A DNA stretch of 64,000 nt, from assembly GCA_025062375.1 (NCBI GenBank), contig JANXAG010000002.1:2101-66100 (forward strand), given 5' to 3'. Source of the stretch: Anaerolineae bacterium. Lineage in GTDB: Bacteria; Chloroflexota; Anaerolineae; SpSt-600. This document shows, in pieces, positions 10,601-18,730 of the stretch (positions are counted from its first letter, which is position 1; each line of letters starts with the position of its first letter). The notes under the pieces are model-generated. The model worked only from the letters and a program-made list of their open reading frames with translations, searched no databases and was not told where the DNA came from. The position numbers and the translations under genes were made by a program.

Positions 10601-10724
10601 GTGGTAAAATCAGGAGAAGGCTCGCAACTAAGAGGATGAAACGATGGCGCCAGTTTATTACTGCCGAGACCAGCGACGGTGTTATTTCTCCAGGTTTATC
10701 CTCATCGGTGCCCATGGGGCTCAT
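7623..10724 (-). CDS. sensor histidine kinase with N-terminal TM helices, several GAF domains, a PAS domain, and a histidine-kinase ATP-binding domain
   Basis: 1033 aa. Hydrophobic N-terminus, repeated GAF-like blocks, and a C-terminal [32 protein letters not shown] G2-box ATPase motif. Its start overlaps the GNAT stop as ATGA. No response regulator is adjacent. Confidence 0.8.
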   Translation of the reverse strand: [1033 protein letters not shown]

Positions 10725-11170
10725 TCCTTTTCCTCTTCCTGGGGTGGTGGAGCTGAAGCGTTTAATACGTCTTCAATAGGATAGGCAAACATTATCCGGG
10801 TCGTCTGGCGAAAGCCCATCTTTTTCCAGAAACCTGTTTCTCCAGGGACTGTCACCGCCAGAGAGATGGCTCCTCTTTCTTTGAACCTTTTGGCTATAGC
10901 ATGTACCAGGGCCTTGCCTATCCCTCTCCCCTGGTATTCAGGGTCTACGGAGGCTATGTGTATTATTGCTCTTGAACCATCGTATACCCCTCTTATGAAA
11001 CCTACAACTTTGAAATCTTCTTCAGCTACGAGGAATTCGGCGGCAGGACACTGGCTTACCCTTATCATGGCTTCCGGACCGTCCAGCTCTGGGTGGCTAT
11101 ACTGCTGGTTGGCTTTGAGGATTTCCACAAGCCTCGGAGCATCTGAAGGGACAAAATCCCTTATCCGCAT
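10721..11170 (-). CDS. GNAT family N-acetyltransferase
   Basis: 149 aa with the acetyl-CoA binding motif QGRGIGKALV. GAGGAGG ribosome-binding site. Translationally coupled to the downstream histidine kinase. Confidence 0.8.
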   Translation of the reverse strand: MRIRDFVPSDAPRLVEILKANQQYSHPELDGPEAMIRVSQCPAAEFLVAEEDFKVVGFIRGVYDGSRAIIHIASVDPEYQGRGIGKALVHAIAKRFKERGAISLAVTVPGETGFWKKMGFRQTTRIMFAYPIEDVLNASAPPPQEEEKE

Positions 11171-11454
11171 CAGTTTGCCTCCTCAAGGGGGTTGCCTTTT
11201 TAAAATTATAGCATTGAAAAGTTCAAAGGGGCAAGATTAGAAGGCTTTTAACTTCCGATTGAGGACTTTAATAGCGCCCTTTATATTCTCAAGGGTCATG
11301 AGGGAGGCTAGAATCCTGATCAGACCAGGGACATGCGTTTTCCCATGAAAGGCTAAAACAGAGCTGACGGTTCGTCGGATTTTCCACGCTTCGTGATGGT
11401 ATTCTCTGAAGTCCAATGCGGAGGACTCTTCGGATGCTTCGTGAACGCGGATTC

Positions 11455-11484
11455 TTGCCCGCTCCATCTTTTATATGGTATAAT
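11455..11484 (+). promoter_or_regulatory. candidate sigma-70 promoter for tRNA-Gln
   Basis: TTGCCC, 18-nt spacer, TATAAT, ending 10 nt before the tRNA 5' end. Confidence 0.4.
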
Positions 11485-11494
11485 AAACTTGCAT

Positions 11495-11566
11495 TCGGGG
11501 GTCGTCTAATGGGCAGGACAAGGGACTTTGGATCCCTCGGTCCAGGTTCGAATCCTGGCCCCCGAA
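11495..11566 (+). tRNA. tRNA-Gln (anticodon TTG)
   Basis: Cloverleaf folded by hand. U1:A72 first pair, typical of bacterial tRNA-Gln. Anticodon loop CTTTGGA, T-loop GGTTCGAATCC. CCA is not encoded. Confidence 0.85.
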
Positions 11567-11627
11567 TTGGGCTGAAGCTGACGGCCTCCACGGGCCGCCG
11601 GCTTTCTTACTTTTGAAGGGTAAGGTT

Positions 11628-12905
11628 ATGGGAAAGTGTCCTCTCAGCGAGAGGGAGCTGGAAATCCTCAGGATGGTAGCTTCAGGGGCTACCAATCAGC
11701 AGATAGCCAGCAAGCTTTTCATCAGTCTCAACACCGTCAAGGTCCACCTCCGCAATATTTTTGAAAAGCTCGGGGTTCAATCCCGCACCGAAGCGGTAAT
11801 GCTGGCTGTGAGGGAAGGATGGATTGAGGTGGGGGAAGTAACCTTCAGGCCTCCTGAGCTCCAGGTTTTTCCTTTACCTTTCTGGAAAAAGTTCCTGCTG
11901 ACCTGCATCACTCTCCTGGCTGCGGTTCTCGTGGCTCTGCCTTGGCTCAGAGCAATCCAGGCTGATGAGCCTTCCTCCTTCCTGATTGACAGGCCCTCCT
12001 CCCCTCAACTTTCCTCCATGACGGCTTCAGGACGATGGCTCCTGAAAAGTTTTCTCCCAGCTCCTCGCTCCAGGATGGCTGTGGCCCTTTCTGGAAACGC
12101 AATCTTCATTATCGGAGGAGAGGTAGCCGGGAATGTGACGGGCGAGACCCTGGCTTACTATCCGGGTGAAAATAGGTGGGAGAAAAGAGCTCAAAAACCC
12201 ACTCCCGTGAGCAATGTCGGAGCGGTATCTCTGAATGGTAAAATTTATGTCCCAGGGGGCTACACATCCGATGGCGTGGTGATCGATGCGCTGGAGATTT
12301 ATGAGCCTTCGAAGGATACCTGGACGAAAGGAGCACCGCTGCCTGTGCCCCTGTGTGGTTATGCCATCGCCTCTTACCAGGGGAAAGTTTACCTGTTTGG
12401 GGGATGGGATGGCAAAAGAGCGTTAGCGAGAGCCTTCCGATACGACCCTCAAACCGATGAATGGGAAGAGCTTCCATCCATGCTTATCCCCAGAGCCTTT
12501 GCGGCGGCCGGCGTGCTGAACGACCGGATCTATGTGGCCGGAGGGCTGAGGGGTTCCCGGGAAATCCGAGATGTTGAGGAATTTAATCCGGTTGAAATGC
12601 GTTGGCAGAAGCGTTCCCCCATGCTTATAGGCAGAGCAGGCTTTGGTCTTAGCCCCGTTGGCCATTGGATTTATGCCATCGGTGGTGGCTGGAAGAATCG
12701 TTTGACCTTTAATGAGCGCTATGACCCTTCAGCAGACCTCTGGACCCCTTTTGAGACTCCAATCCTTGGAGAGTGGCGAAACTTGGGGGTTGTTGCTTTA
12801 GGGAACAAAATCTATGCTATAGGCGGTAAAAGCGGAGAACCTCTGGCCTTTGTAGAAGAATATCAGGCCCTCTTTACGGTGATGATTCCCTACATTCAGA
12901 GGTAA
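11628..12905 (+). CDS. membrane-anchored transcriptional regulator: LuxR/GerE-type HTH, one TM helix, extracytoplasmic Kelch-repeat beta-propeller
   Basis: N-terminal [41 protein letters not shown] is a LuxR C-terminal-type HTH. A single hydrophobic helix [18 protein letters not shown] follows. The rest is about six Kelch blades with recurring GG..G...Y/W units. The ATG at 11628 sits 6-8 nt after GAAGGGTAAGG. Confidence 0.75.
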   Translation: MGKCPLSERELEILRMVASGATNQQIASKLFISLNTVKVHLRNIFEKLGVQSRTEAVMLAVREGWIEVGEVTFRPPELQVFPLPFWKKFLLTCITLLAAVLVALPWLRAIQADEPSSFLIDRPSSPQLSSMTASGRWLLKSFLPAPRSRMAVALSGNAIFIIGGEVAGNVTGETLAYYPGENRWEKRAQKPTPVSNVGAVSLNGKIYVPGGYTSDGVVIDALEIYEPSKDTWTKGAPLPVPLCGYAIASYQGKVYLFGGWDGKRALARAFRYDPQTDEWEELPSMLIPRAFAAAGVLNDRIYVAGGLRGSREIRDVEEFNPVEMRWQKRSPMLIGRAGFGLSPVGHWIYAIGGGWKNRLTFNERYDPSADLWTPFETPILGEWRNLGVVALGNKIYAIGGKSGEPLAFVEEYQALFTVMIPYIQR

Positions 12906-12909
12906 AGTC

Positions 12910-13839
12910 ATGTTTGAAGTTGTCTTCCTGGGAACTTCGGCTTCTGCCCCTTCGGTTCAAAGGAGCTTGCCGGCGGCAGTGGTCCTTCACAACCAGCACA
13001 GGTTCCTTATTGACTGTGGGGAGGGCACTCAGAGGCAAATCCTGAAAAGCGGACTGGGTTTCCGGCGCCTCAATAAGATACTCCTCACCCATGGACATCT
13101 GGACCACATCCTGGGGCTGGGGGGGTTGATTTCCACCTTTGCCCGGTGGGAGGCAATAAGCGAGGTGGAAATATACGGAGGAAAGTGGGCCTTACGCCGG
13201 GTTAAGCTCCTAATGAAGGTGGTTTTTATGGACGAGATACCCCCTATAAACATCATTTACCGGGAGATCGGCCCTGGGGTGATAATGGAAGACGATAAAT
13301 TTGTCCTCAGGGCCTTCAAAGTAATCCACAAGGGAGCCGATTCTCTAGGCTTTCTCTTCGAAGAAAAGCCCAGGCGTCCGTTCCTGGTAGAGAAAGCCGA
13401 AGCCCTCGGTGTTCCCGCCGGCCCTGAGAGGCGCCGCCTTGTGCAGGGGGAACCCATAACCCTGCCCGATGGTCGGGTTATACACCCTGATGATGTTCTG
13501 GGGCCTCCTGTGCCTGGGGCGAAGCTGGTGTTCGTCGGGGATGCTTCCTCCACCCGGGGTTTAGCGGAGGTCGCCTGCAAAGCCGATGCCCTGGTGATTG
13601 AGGCTACTTATCTTGAGCCCGAAAAGGAGCTGGCCCGCCAGTACGGTCACATCACAGCAGCCGAAGCAGCCCACCTGGCCCTGGAGGCTGAAGTCCGAAA
13701 TCTCTATCTTGTGCATATTTCCCGGCGCTACAGCGTAAACGAGGTTCTGGCGGAGGCTCAGGCCATATTCCCCAATACTACCGTCGTGAACGATCTGGAC
13801 AGAATTGTGGTTAAAAAACCCGAAAATCAGGGAGGGTGA
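12910..13839 (+). CDS. rnz: ribonuclease Z (tRNA 3' endonuclease, MBL fold)
   Basis: 309 aa with [12 protein letters not shown] and the HxHxDH motif [14 protein letters not shown]. Size and layout match the short form of RNase Z. Confidence 0.75.
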   Translation: MFEVVFLGTSASAPSVQRSLPAAVVLHNQHRFLIDCGEGTQRQILKSGLGFRRLNKILLTHGHLDHILGLGGLISTFARWEAISEVEIYGGKWALRRVKLLMKVVFMDEIPPINIIYREIGPGVIMEDDKFVLRAFKVIHKGADSLGFLFEEKPRRPFLVEKAEALGVPAGPERRRLVQGEPITLPDGRVIHPDDVLGPPVPGAKLVFVGDASSTRGLAEVACKADALVIEATYLEPEKELARQYGHITAAEAAHLALEAEVRNLYLVHISRRYSVNEVLAEAQAIFPNTTVVNDLDRIVVKKPENQGG

Positions 13840-13844
13840 GGTCC

Positions 13845-14168
13845 ATGGAGGGAGATTTCATTGTAGTTCTTATCACCACGAATTCCTTTGAAGAAGCGTT
13901 GAAGATAGGGCGGATCCTTGTGGAGGAAAAGCTGGCAGCCTGCGTCAACGTTGTACCTGAGGTTTTCTCTTTCTACTGGTGGGAAGGGAAAGTCCAGGAA
14001 GATAAAGAATCTCTGATGGTGGTAAAAACCACTGCTTCCTCCTTCCCGGCCCTTGAAGGGAGGGTCAGGGAGCTTCACAGTTATACTGTACCGGAGATCA
14101 TCGCCCTTCCGATAAGGGAAGGGTACAAAGGCTATTTGGACTGGGTTGCGGGTTCAGTGCTAAGGTAA
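13845..14168 (+). CDS. cutA: divalent-cation tolerance protein CutA
   Basis: 107 aa with the CutA1 signature AACVNVVPEVFSFYWWEGKVQEDKE. The ATG at 13845 follows GGAGGG with an 8-nt spacer. Confidence 0.8.
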   Translation: MEGDFIVVLITTNSFEEALKIGRILVEEKLAACVNVVPEVFSFYWWEGKVQEDKESLMVVKTTASSFPALEGRVRELHSYTVPEIIALPIREGYKGYLDWVAGSVLR

Positions 14169-15058
14169 ACGGCCATAGCTAAGGAGAGGAAGCGCGTTTC
14201 GGCCTCGTCGGCGCGTGAGTTTATAAGGATGGGAACTTTTGCTCCTACCACGTGTCCGGCCATCCTGGCGCGGGCGAAATAAAGGATTCCCTTGGCCATT
14301 ATGTTGCCCGCCTCCACATTGGGAACGATGAGGATATCGGCCTGGCCGGCGACAAGGGACTTTACCCCTTTAACTTTGGCGGAATGCTCCGAGATGGCCG
14401 TATCGAGAGCCATGGGGCCATCCACTATGGCTCCCTCAACCCAGCCCTGTTCAGCCATTTTGGCCAGAGCCAGAGCATCAATGGAAGCTGGAATTTTAGG
14501 GTGAACAGCTTCGGTAGCAGCCAGAATAGCCACTTTAGGCATTTCAATCCCGAAACGGTGGGCTACCTCCACAGCGTTTCGGATGATTTCCAGCTTCTGA
14601 TAAACATCAGGGTAAGGGACAACACCGCTATCGCTTATGTAGATTAGCTTGTGCATTCCGGGAATTTCAAAGATCCCCACATGGGTCATCAGGTTTTTAT
14701 CCCTGAGGCCAATTTCCCTGTTGAGAGCCATTGAAAGGAGTTCAGCCGTTTTGAGCTGGCCCTTTATGACTATGTCTGCTTTCCCCTCCTTGGCCAAAAG
14801 CACCACGGTTCTGGCGGCCTTAGAAGTTTCAGGTTCATGGATTATTTCAAAATCAGCGAGAGATACACCTTCTTCCTGGGCGATGGCTTTGATGGCCTGG
14901 GCATCCCCTACAAGGTAGCCCGATATTTCCAGGCCAGCTCTGCGGGCTTCTTCGAGGGAGAGAAGGACTTCGGGATCGTGTGCAGCAGCCACCGCTATTC
15001 GCCTGGGGCCTTTCCTGCGGGCGAGCTCTATCATCTGGGCAAAGTTTTCAACGGCCAT
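14132..15058 (-). CDS. ptb: phosphate butyryltransferase / phosphate acyltransferase
   Basis: 308 aa. The N-terminus ELARRKGPRRIAVAAAHDPEVL and overall similarity indicate the Pta/Ptb family. Confidence 0.8.
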   Translation of the reverse strand: MAVENFAQMIELARRKGPRRIAVAAAHDPEVLLSLEEARRAGLEISGYLVGDAQAIKAIAQEEGVSLADFEIIHEPETSKAARTVVLLAKEGKADIVIKGQLKTAELLSMALNREIGLRDKNLMTHVGIFEIPGMHKLIYISDSGVVPYPDVYQKLEIIRNAVEVAHRFGIEMPKVAILAATEAVHPKIPASIDALALAKMAEQGWVEGAIVDGPMALDTAISEHSAKVKGVKSLVAGQADILIVPNVEAGNIMAKGILYFARARMAGHVVGAKVPILINSRADEAETRFLSLAMAVYLSTEPATQSK

Positions 15059-15074
15059 ACCCTTTCTCCTTCCC

Positions 15075-16124
15075 CTAAGGGAACATCACAACTTTTCCTA
15101 CTCTTTTCTCTGGTGAAGTGAGAAGGCGAAAGGCCTCCTCGAAATTGTCCAGAGGTATCCTGTGGGTGATGATGGGAGATGGATCAAGCTTGCCGGAATT
15201 AAGAAGCTCGGCCATCTGGTACCAGGTTTCCCAGAGGAGGCGTCCGTTTATGCCTATGATGCGGGCCCCCTTGAAGATTACAGCGTTGGCCCAATCCAGG
15301 GTCACTGGCTCTGGTGGTATACCGAAAGCGGTGAATCTGCCTCCTTTGCGGAGGACAGCGAAACCCTGCTCTAAAGCCAGGGGGCTTCCGGCCATCTCCA
15401 GAACCACATCTACTCCTGTGCCGTTTGTTTTTTCCAAGATTATTTTAACTGGATCCTGGCCTTCGGAGATATTGATGGTGAAATCGGCTCCCATCCTGCG
15501 CCCGATTTCCAGGCGAAAGGGGTTCATACCCACCTGGAAGACAGTGCCAGCTCCTGCCGCCTTGGCCACAGCTACGGCGTTGTTGCCCGCTGGCCCATCA
15601 CCGAATACTGCCACTGTCATACCTGATACTGGCTCCGCCAGGACAGCGTAGACAGCATTGCCCAGAGGTTCCTGGATGGAGGCTATGGCGGGGTCCATAT
15701 TGGGGTCGTTTTTCCAAGCGCATATTTCAGGAATTGTCACATATTCAGCGAAGGAGCCGTTGGTATCAACCCCGATGATTTTGAGGTTCTGGCATATGTG
15801 GGGTTGCCCCCGGCGGCATATAGGGCAGGTCATATCGGGTATATGGCTTTCGGCGGATATAAAATCTCCCACTTTCAAGCTTTTAACGTCCTTTCCCACT
15901 TCCACCACTTCGCCGCAGAACTCATGCCCCAGGATCAGAGGAGTTTTTATACGGCTCTGAGCCCAGCGATCCCAATTGTATATGTGCACATCAGTGCCGC
16001 ATATAGAAGTAGCGCGGACTTTTACCAGGACTTCGCCAGGGGCTGGGTTGGGTATATCTACCAGGTCCATTTCCAGGCCTGGCCCAGGCCCCTTCTTGAG
16101 GATTGCCTTCATCTTCTCAGGCAT
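15075..16124 (-). CDS. tdh: L-threonine 3-dehydrogenase (zinc-dependent MDR)
   Basis: MKAILKK...GEVLVKVRATSICGTDVHIY is typical of Tdh. The start at MPEKMKAIL follows GGAGGGAG. The upstream ORF extension shows no homology. Confidence 0.8.
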   Translation of the reverse strand: MPEKMKAILKKGPGPGLEMDLVDIPNPAPGEVLVKVRATSICGTDVHIYNWDRWAQSRIKTPLILGHEFCGEVVEVGKDVKSLKVGDFISAESHIPDMTCPICRRGQPHICQNLKIIGVDTNGSFAEYVTIPEICAWKNDPNMDPAIASIQEPLGNAVYAVLAEPVSGMTVAVFGDGPAGNNAVAVAKAAGAGTVFQVGMNPFRLEIGRRMGADFTINISEGQDPVKIILEKTNGTGVDVVLEMAGSPLALEQGFAVLRKGGRFTAFGIPPEPVTLDWANAVIFKGARIIGINGRLLWETWYQMAELLNSGKLDPSPIITHRIPLDNFEEAFRLLTSPEKRVGKVVMFP

Positions 16125-16186
16125 ATCTCCCTCCTGAGGGCAGTGGGGCATAAAAAAGCCCGGTTCCCTTCCGGAAACCGGGCCTT

Positions 16187-16420
16187 TTATCTGCCGCAGC
16201 TTGTGCATGTGGTTGCGGTGCATCCTGTGCACGGGCTGCCACCAAGGCTTCTGGTAGTTCCTCCTTCGCCTCGGCTTACAGCCGCAAAGAGCGATATAGC
16301 TCTTTCTGTTTCAGAACTTCCACAGTATGGGCACGCGGCTGGCTCGCTCGCCTTATTTATCGGCCGCAGAAGCTCAAAAGTTTTACCACAGCTGCTGCAT
16401 CTATACTCATAAATTGGCAT
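16187..16420 (-). CDS. FmdB-family zinc-ribbon protein
   Basis: 77 aa with the MPIYEYRCSSCGKTFE N-terminus and a second CPYCGS pair. GAGGGGGG ribosome-binding site. Confidence 0.7.
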   Translation of the reverse strand: MPIYEYRCSSCGKTFELLRPINKASEPAACPYCGSSETERAISLFAAVSRGEGGTTRSLGGSPCTGCTATTCTSCGR

Positions 16421-16451
16421 TTAACCCCCCTCATCCGGAGTGAATTAAGGG

Positions 16452-17066
16452 TTACTGGCCTGGCTTAAGGATTACCACCTGCACCGAAGTTAACTCCTTG
16501 AAGCGTTCGGCGTCTTTTTCAGAGCCCACAATTTCCCCGTAATGCATGGGTATGGCTATTTCGGGCTTTATGGCATCGGCAGCTCTGGCCGCTTCATCCG
16601 CCGTCATCACATAAGTTCCGCTTACAGGCAGAAGAGCAATGTCTGTCTTGAGGCCCTTCATTTCAGGGATAAAGTCCGTATCGCCAGCATGATAGATGCG
16701 TTTCCCACCCAGGGTGACAATGAAGCCCACATGCCCTGCTTCTTTGGGATGGAAGGGCTTATCTATGTTGTAGGCTGGGACCATTTCTACCTCAATGCCT
16801 TTTACAGTGATTTTATCTCCGGGCTTTACCGTTTTTATTTCCCCCTTTAGCTTTTTGGCAGCTGCTGGTATGGTAACTATGACGGTATCAGCTTTTTGAA
16901 TCTTTGCCACATCTTCCGGAGAGCAATGGTCGTAGTGCTCGTGGGTTATAAGGATTATGTCAGCTTTAGGAAGATTTGGGGGGAGCTTCCATGGGTCAAT
17001 GTAAACTGTAACCTCTCCTTCCAGGCGAAAAGAATCATGACCGAGCCAGTGAATATTCTCTACCAT
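16452..17066 (-). CDS. MBL-fold metallo-hydrolase
   Basis: HxHxDH motif ILITHEHYDHC. The ATG at 17066 follows AAGGAG with an 8-nt spacer. Confidence 0.7.
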   Translation of the reverse strand: MVENIHWLGHDSFRLEGEVTVYIDPWKLPPNLPKADIILITHEHYDHCSPEDVAKIQKADTVIVTIPAAAKKLKGEIKTVKPGDKITVKGIEVEMVPAYNIDKPFHPKEAGHVGFIVTLGGKRIYHAGDTDFIPEMKGLKTDIALLPVSGTYVMTADEAARAADAIKPEIAIPMHYGEIVGSEKDAERFKELTSVQVVILKPGQ

Positions 17067-17337
17067 CGCTTTGCTCCTTAAAGGGTTAATGTCCGCAGAA
17101 ATTATAGCATCTGTTCCCAAAGAAATCAAGGCTTCCTAAGGCTGTTTGAAAAACTTTGGGATGGGGTCGAAACGGTAGCGGGCGGTCCCAAACTGTCTGC
17201 ATTGTCTCCCCGGGCCCTGGACAAAAATCAAGAAGGCAGTCTGGCCAGCGGGGCACTGGAGGCTGGGCGCAGGAGGCCTGGGCGATCTGGACTATCTCGG
17301 CCAGGAGTAGATCCCTTTAAAACGACCTCGCCGCGCC

Positions 17338-17365
17338 TTTACTTTCTCGCCATTTGGGGTATAAT
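17338..17365 (+). promoter_or_regulatory. candidate promoter for the adenylate cyclase gene
   Basis: TTTACT, 16-nt spacer, TATAAT, located 20 nt upstream of the GGGGAGAGGG ribosome-binding site. Confidence 0.35.
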
Positions 17366-17384
17366 ACTTGAAGGGGAGAGGGAC

Positions 17385-18728
17385 ATGCAAGTTTTTCAGA
17401 CATTTTTGATAGAAATTGAGAATTTGGCCAGAGAAATTCAAGAATTGCGGGAAAAATTAGGCAAAACCGCCGATTTGAAACTTCCAGAGCTCCGAAAAAG
17501 TTTAGCCAGCCTTTCAGAAATAGCATGGAAGCTCAAAATTTTAGAAGGTGCTTCCGAGCGCGTTTTATCCCTCGCTCACGAACTGAAGGTTTCATTCGGG
17601 GATTGCGCTCTTAATGCTCTTTTCCTTTCCCAGCTTTACGCTCTGGCCCAGGGCATCTCTTCTGCTCCTGAGGAGCCAATTGACCGCATCGCAACGGAGG
17701 TCTTGCGGAATTCTCTGAAGGCCAGAACTATTTGCGCCTTTCTCTCAACGCCGGGTTCGGCAAAGTTTCGGCAGGAACAGTGGTTCGGAGAAGTTCCCCT
17801 CGGGGAAATCAGCCAGGAGCTGGAGGAAGCTTTCAAACGCTTTAAATCCATCTCAATGGAAAGAGGTTTAGTTGTTCCATTAACAGGGTTGAAGGGCCCA
17901 AGAGGCTTGCTTTACATTGAAACCGAAAACTGCGGCCCCCAGGAAATGGCCTTCGCCGAAGCCGTGGCCTCCATCGTTGGGCTTGCTATGGAGGCAAAGG
18001 AGCTGGCCGGAGAGCTGGAAAAAACCCTTTACGAACTGGCCAAACTCCAGGCTATAAAGGAGCAGGAGGAGCTGGAGAAGGATTACATAAGAGCCCTTTT
18101 TAGCCGCTTTGTTTCCCCTCAGGTGGTGGAAAAGCTGGCTTCCGACCCTTCAATCTTAAGGTTAGGGGGGGTAAGGCAAGAGATTACCATTCTGTTTGCT
18201 GATATCAGAGGCTTTACAGCTTTAAGTGAAAAACTTCCCCCCGAAGACCTGGTGAAGACTTTGAATCAGTATCTATCCATTGCCGCTGATGCCATTCTGG
18301 AAGAAGAGGGCACCCTGGATAAATTCTTAGGGGATGCAGTAATGGCTTTCTTTAATGCCCCCTTCCCCCAGGAACAGCATGTCCTTAAGGGAGCCAGAGC
18401 AGCTCTGAGGATTAAAAACCGGCTTGAGGAACTTCACTCCAGGAATGCCTTGCCCCTTAAGCTCTACTTCGGCATAGGATTGAACGTGGGCGATGCCGTT
18501 ATCGGAAATATAGGGACCTCTATGCAGATGAACTACACGGCCATAGGGGATTGCGTGAACGTGGCCAAGCGCCTCCAGGAAATTGCCCGGCCCGGCCAGA
18601 TCCTTATCAGCGCTGCTGTTTACGAAAGGATCAAAGATAAAGCTTTCGTTCGCACTTTGCCCCCAACCTCAATCCCCGGAAAATCTTCTCGCGAGCCCAT
18701 ATACGAGCTTCTGGACCTTGTGGAGTAA
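17385..18728 (+). CDS. class III adenylate/guanylate cyclase with N-terminal sensory (GAF-like) region
   Basis: C-terminal catalytic domain motifs ITILFADIRGFTALSE, FLGDAVMAFFNAP and GIGLNVGDAVIGNIG. The ATG at 17385 follows GGGGAGAGGG. Confidence 0.8.
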   Translation: MQVFQTFLIEIENLAREIQELREKLGKTADLKLPELRKSLASLSEIAWKLKILEGASERVLSLAHELKVSFGDCALNALFLSQLYALAQGISSAPEEPIDRIATEVLRNSLKARTICAFLSTPGSAKFRQEQWFGEVPLGEISQELEEAFKRFKSISMERGLVVPLTGLKGPRGLLYIETENCGPQEMAFAEAVASIVGLAMEAKELAGELEKTLYELAKLQAIKEQEELEKDYIRALFSRFVSPQVVEKLASDPSILRLGGVRQEITILFADIRGFTALSEKLPPEDLVKTLNQYLSIAADAILEEEGTLDKFLGDAVMAFFNAPFPQEQHVLKGARAALRIKNRLEELHSRNALPLKLYFGIGLNVGDAVIGNIGTSMQMNYTAIGDCVNVAKRLQEIARPGQILISAAVYERIKDKAFVRTLPPTSIPGKSSREPIYELLDLVE

Positions 18729-18730
18729 AG

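Noticed and set aside
11237-11467. 76-aa minus-strand ORF between the GNAT gene and tRNA-Gln.
   Set aside because: It has no ribosome-binding site, overlaps the tRNA-Gln promoter, and shows no recognisable family. It is probably spurious.
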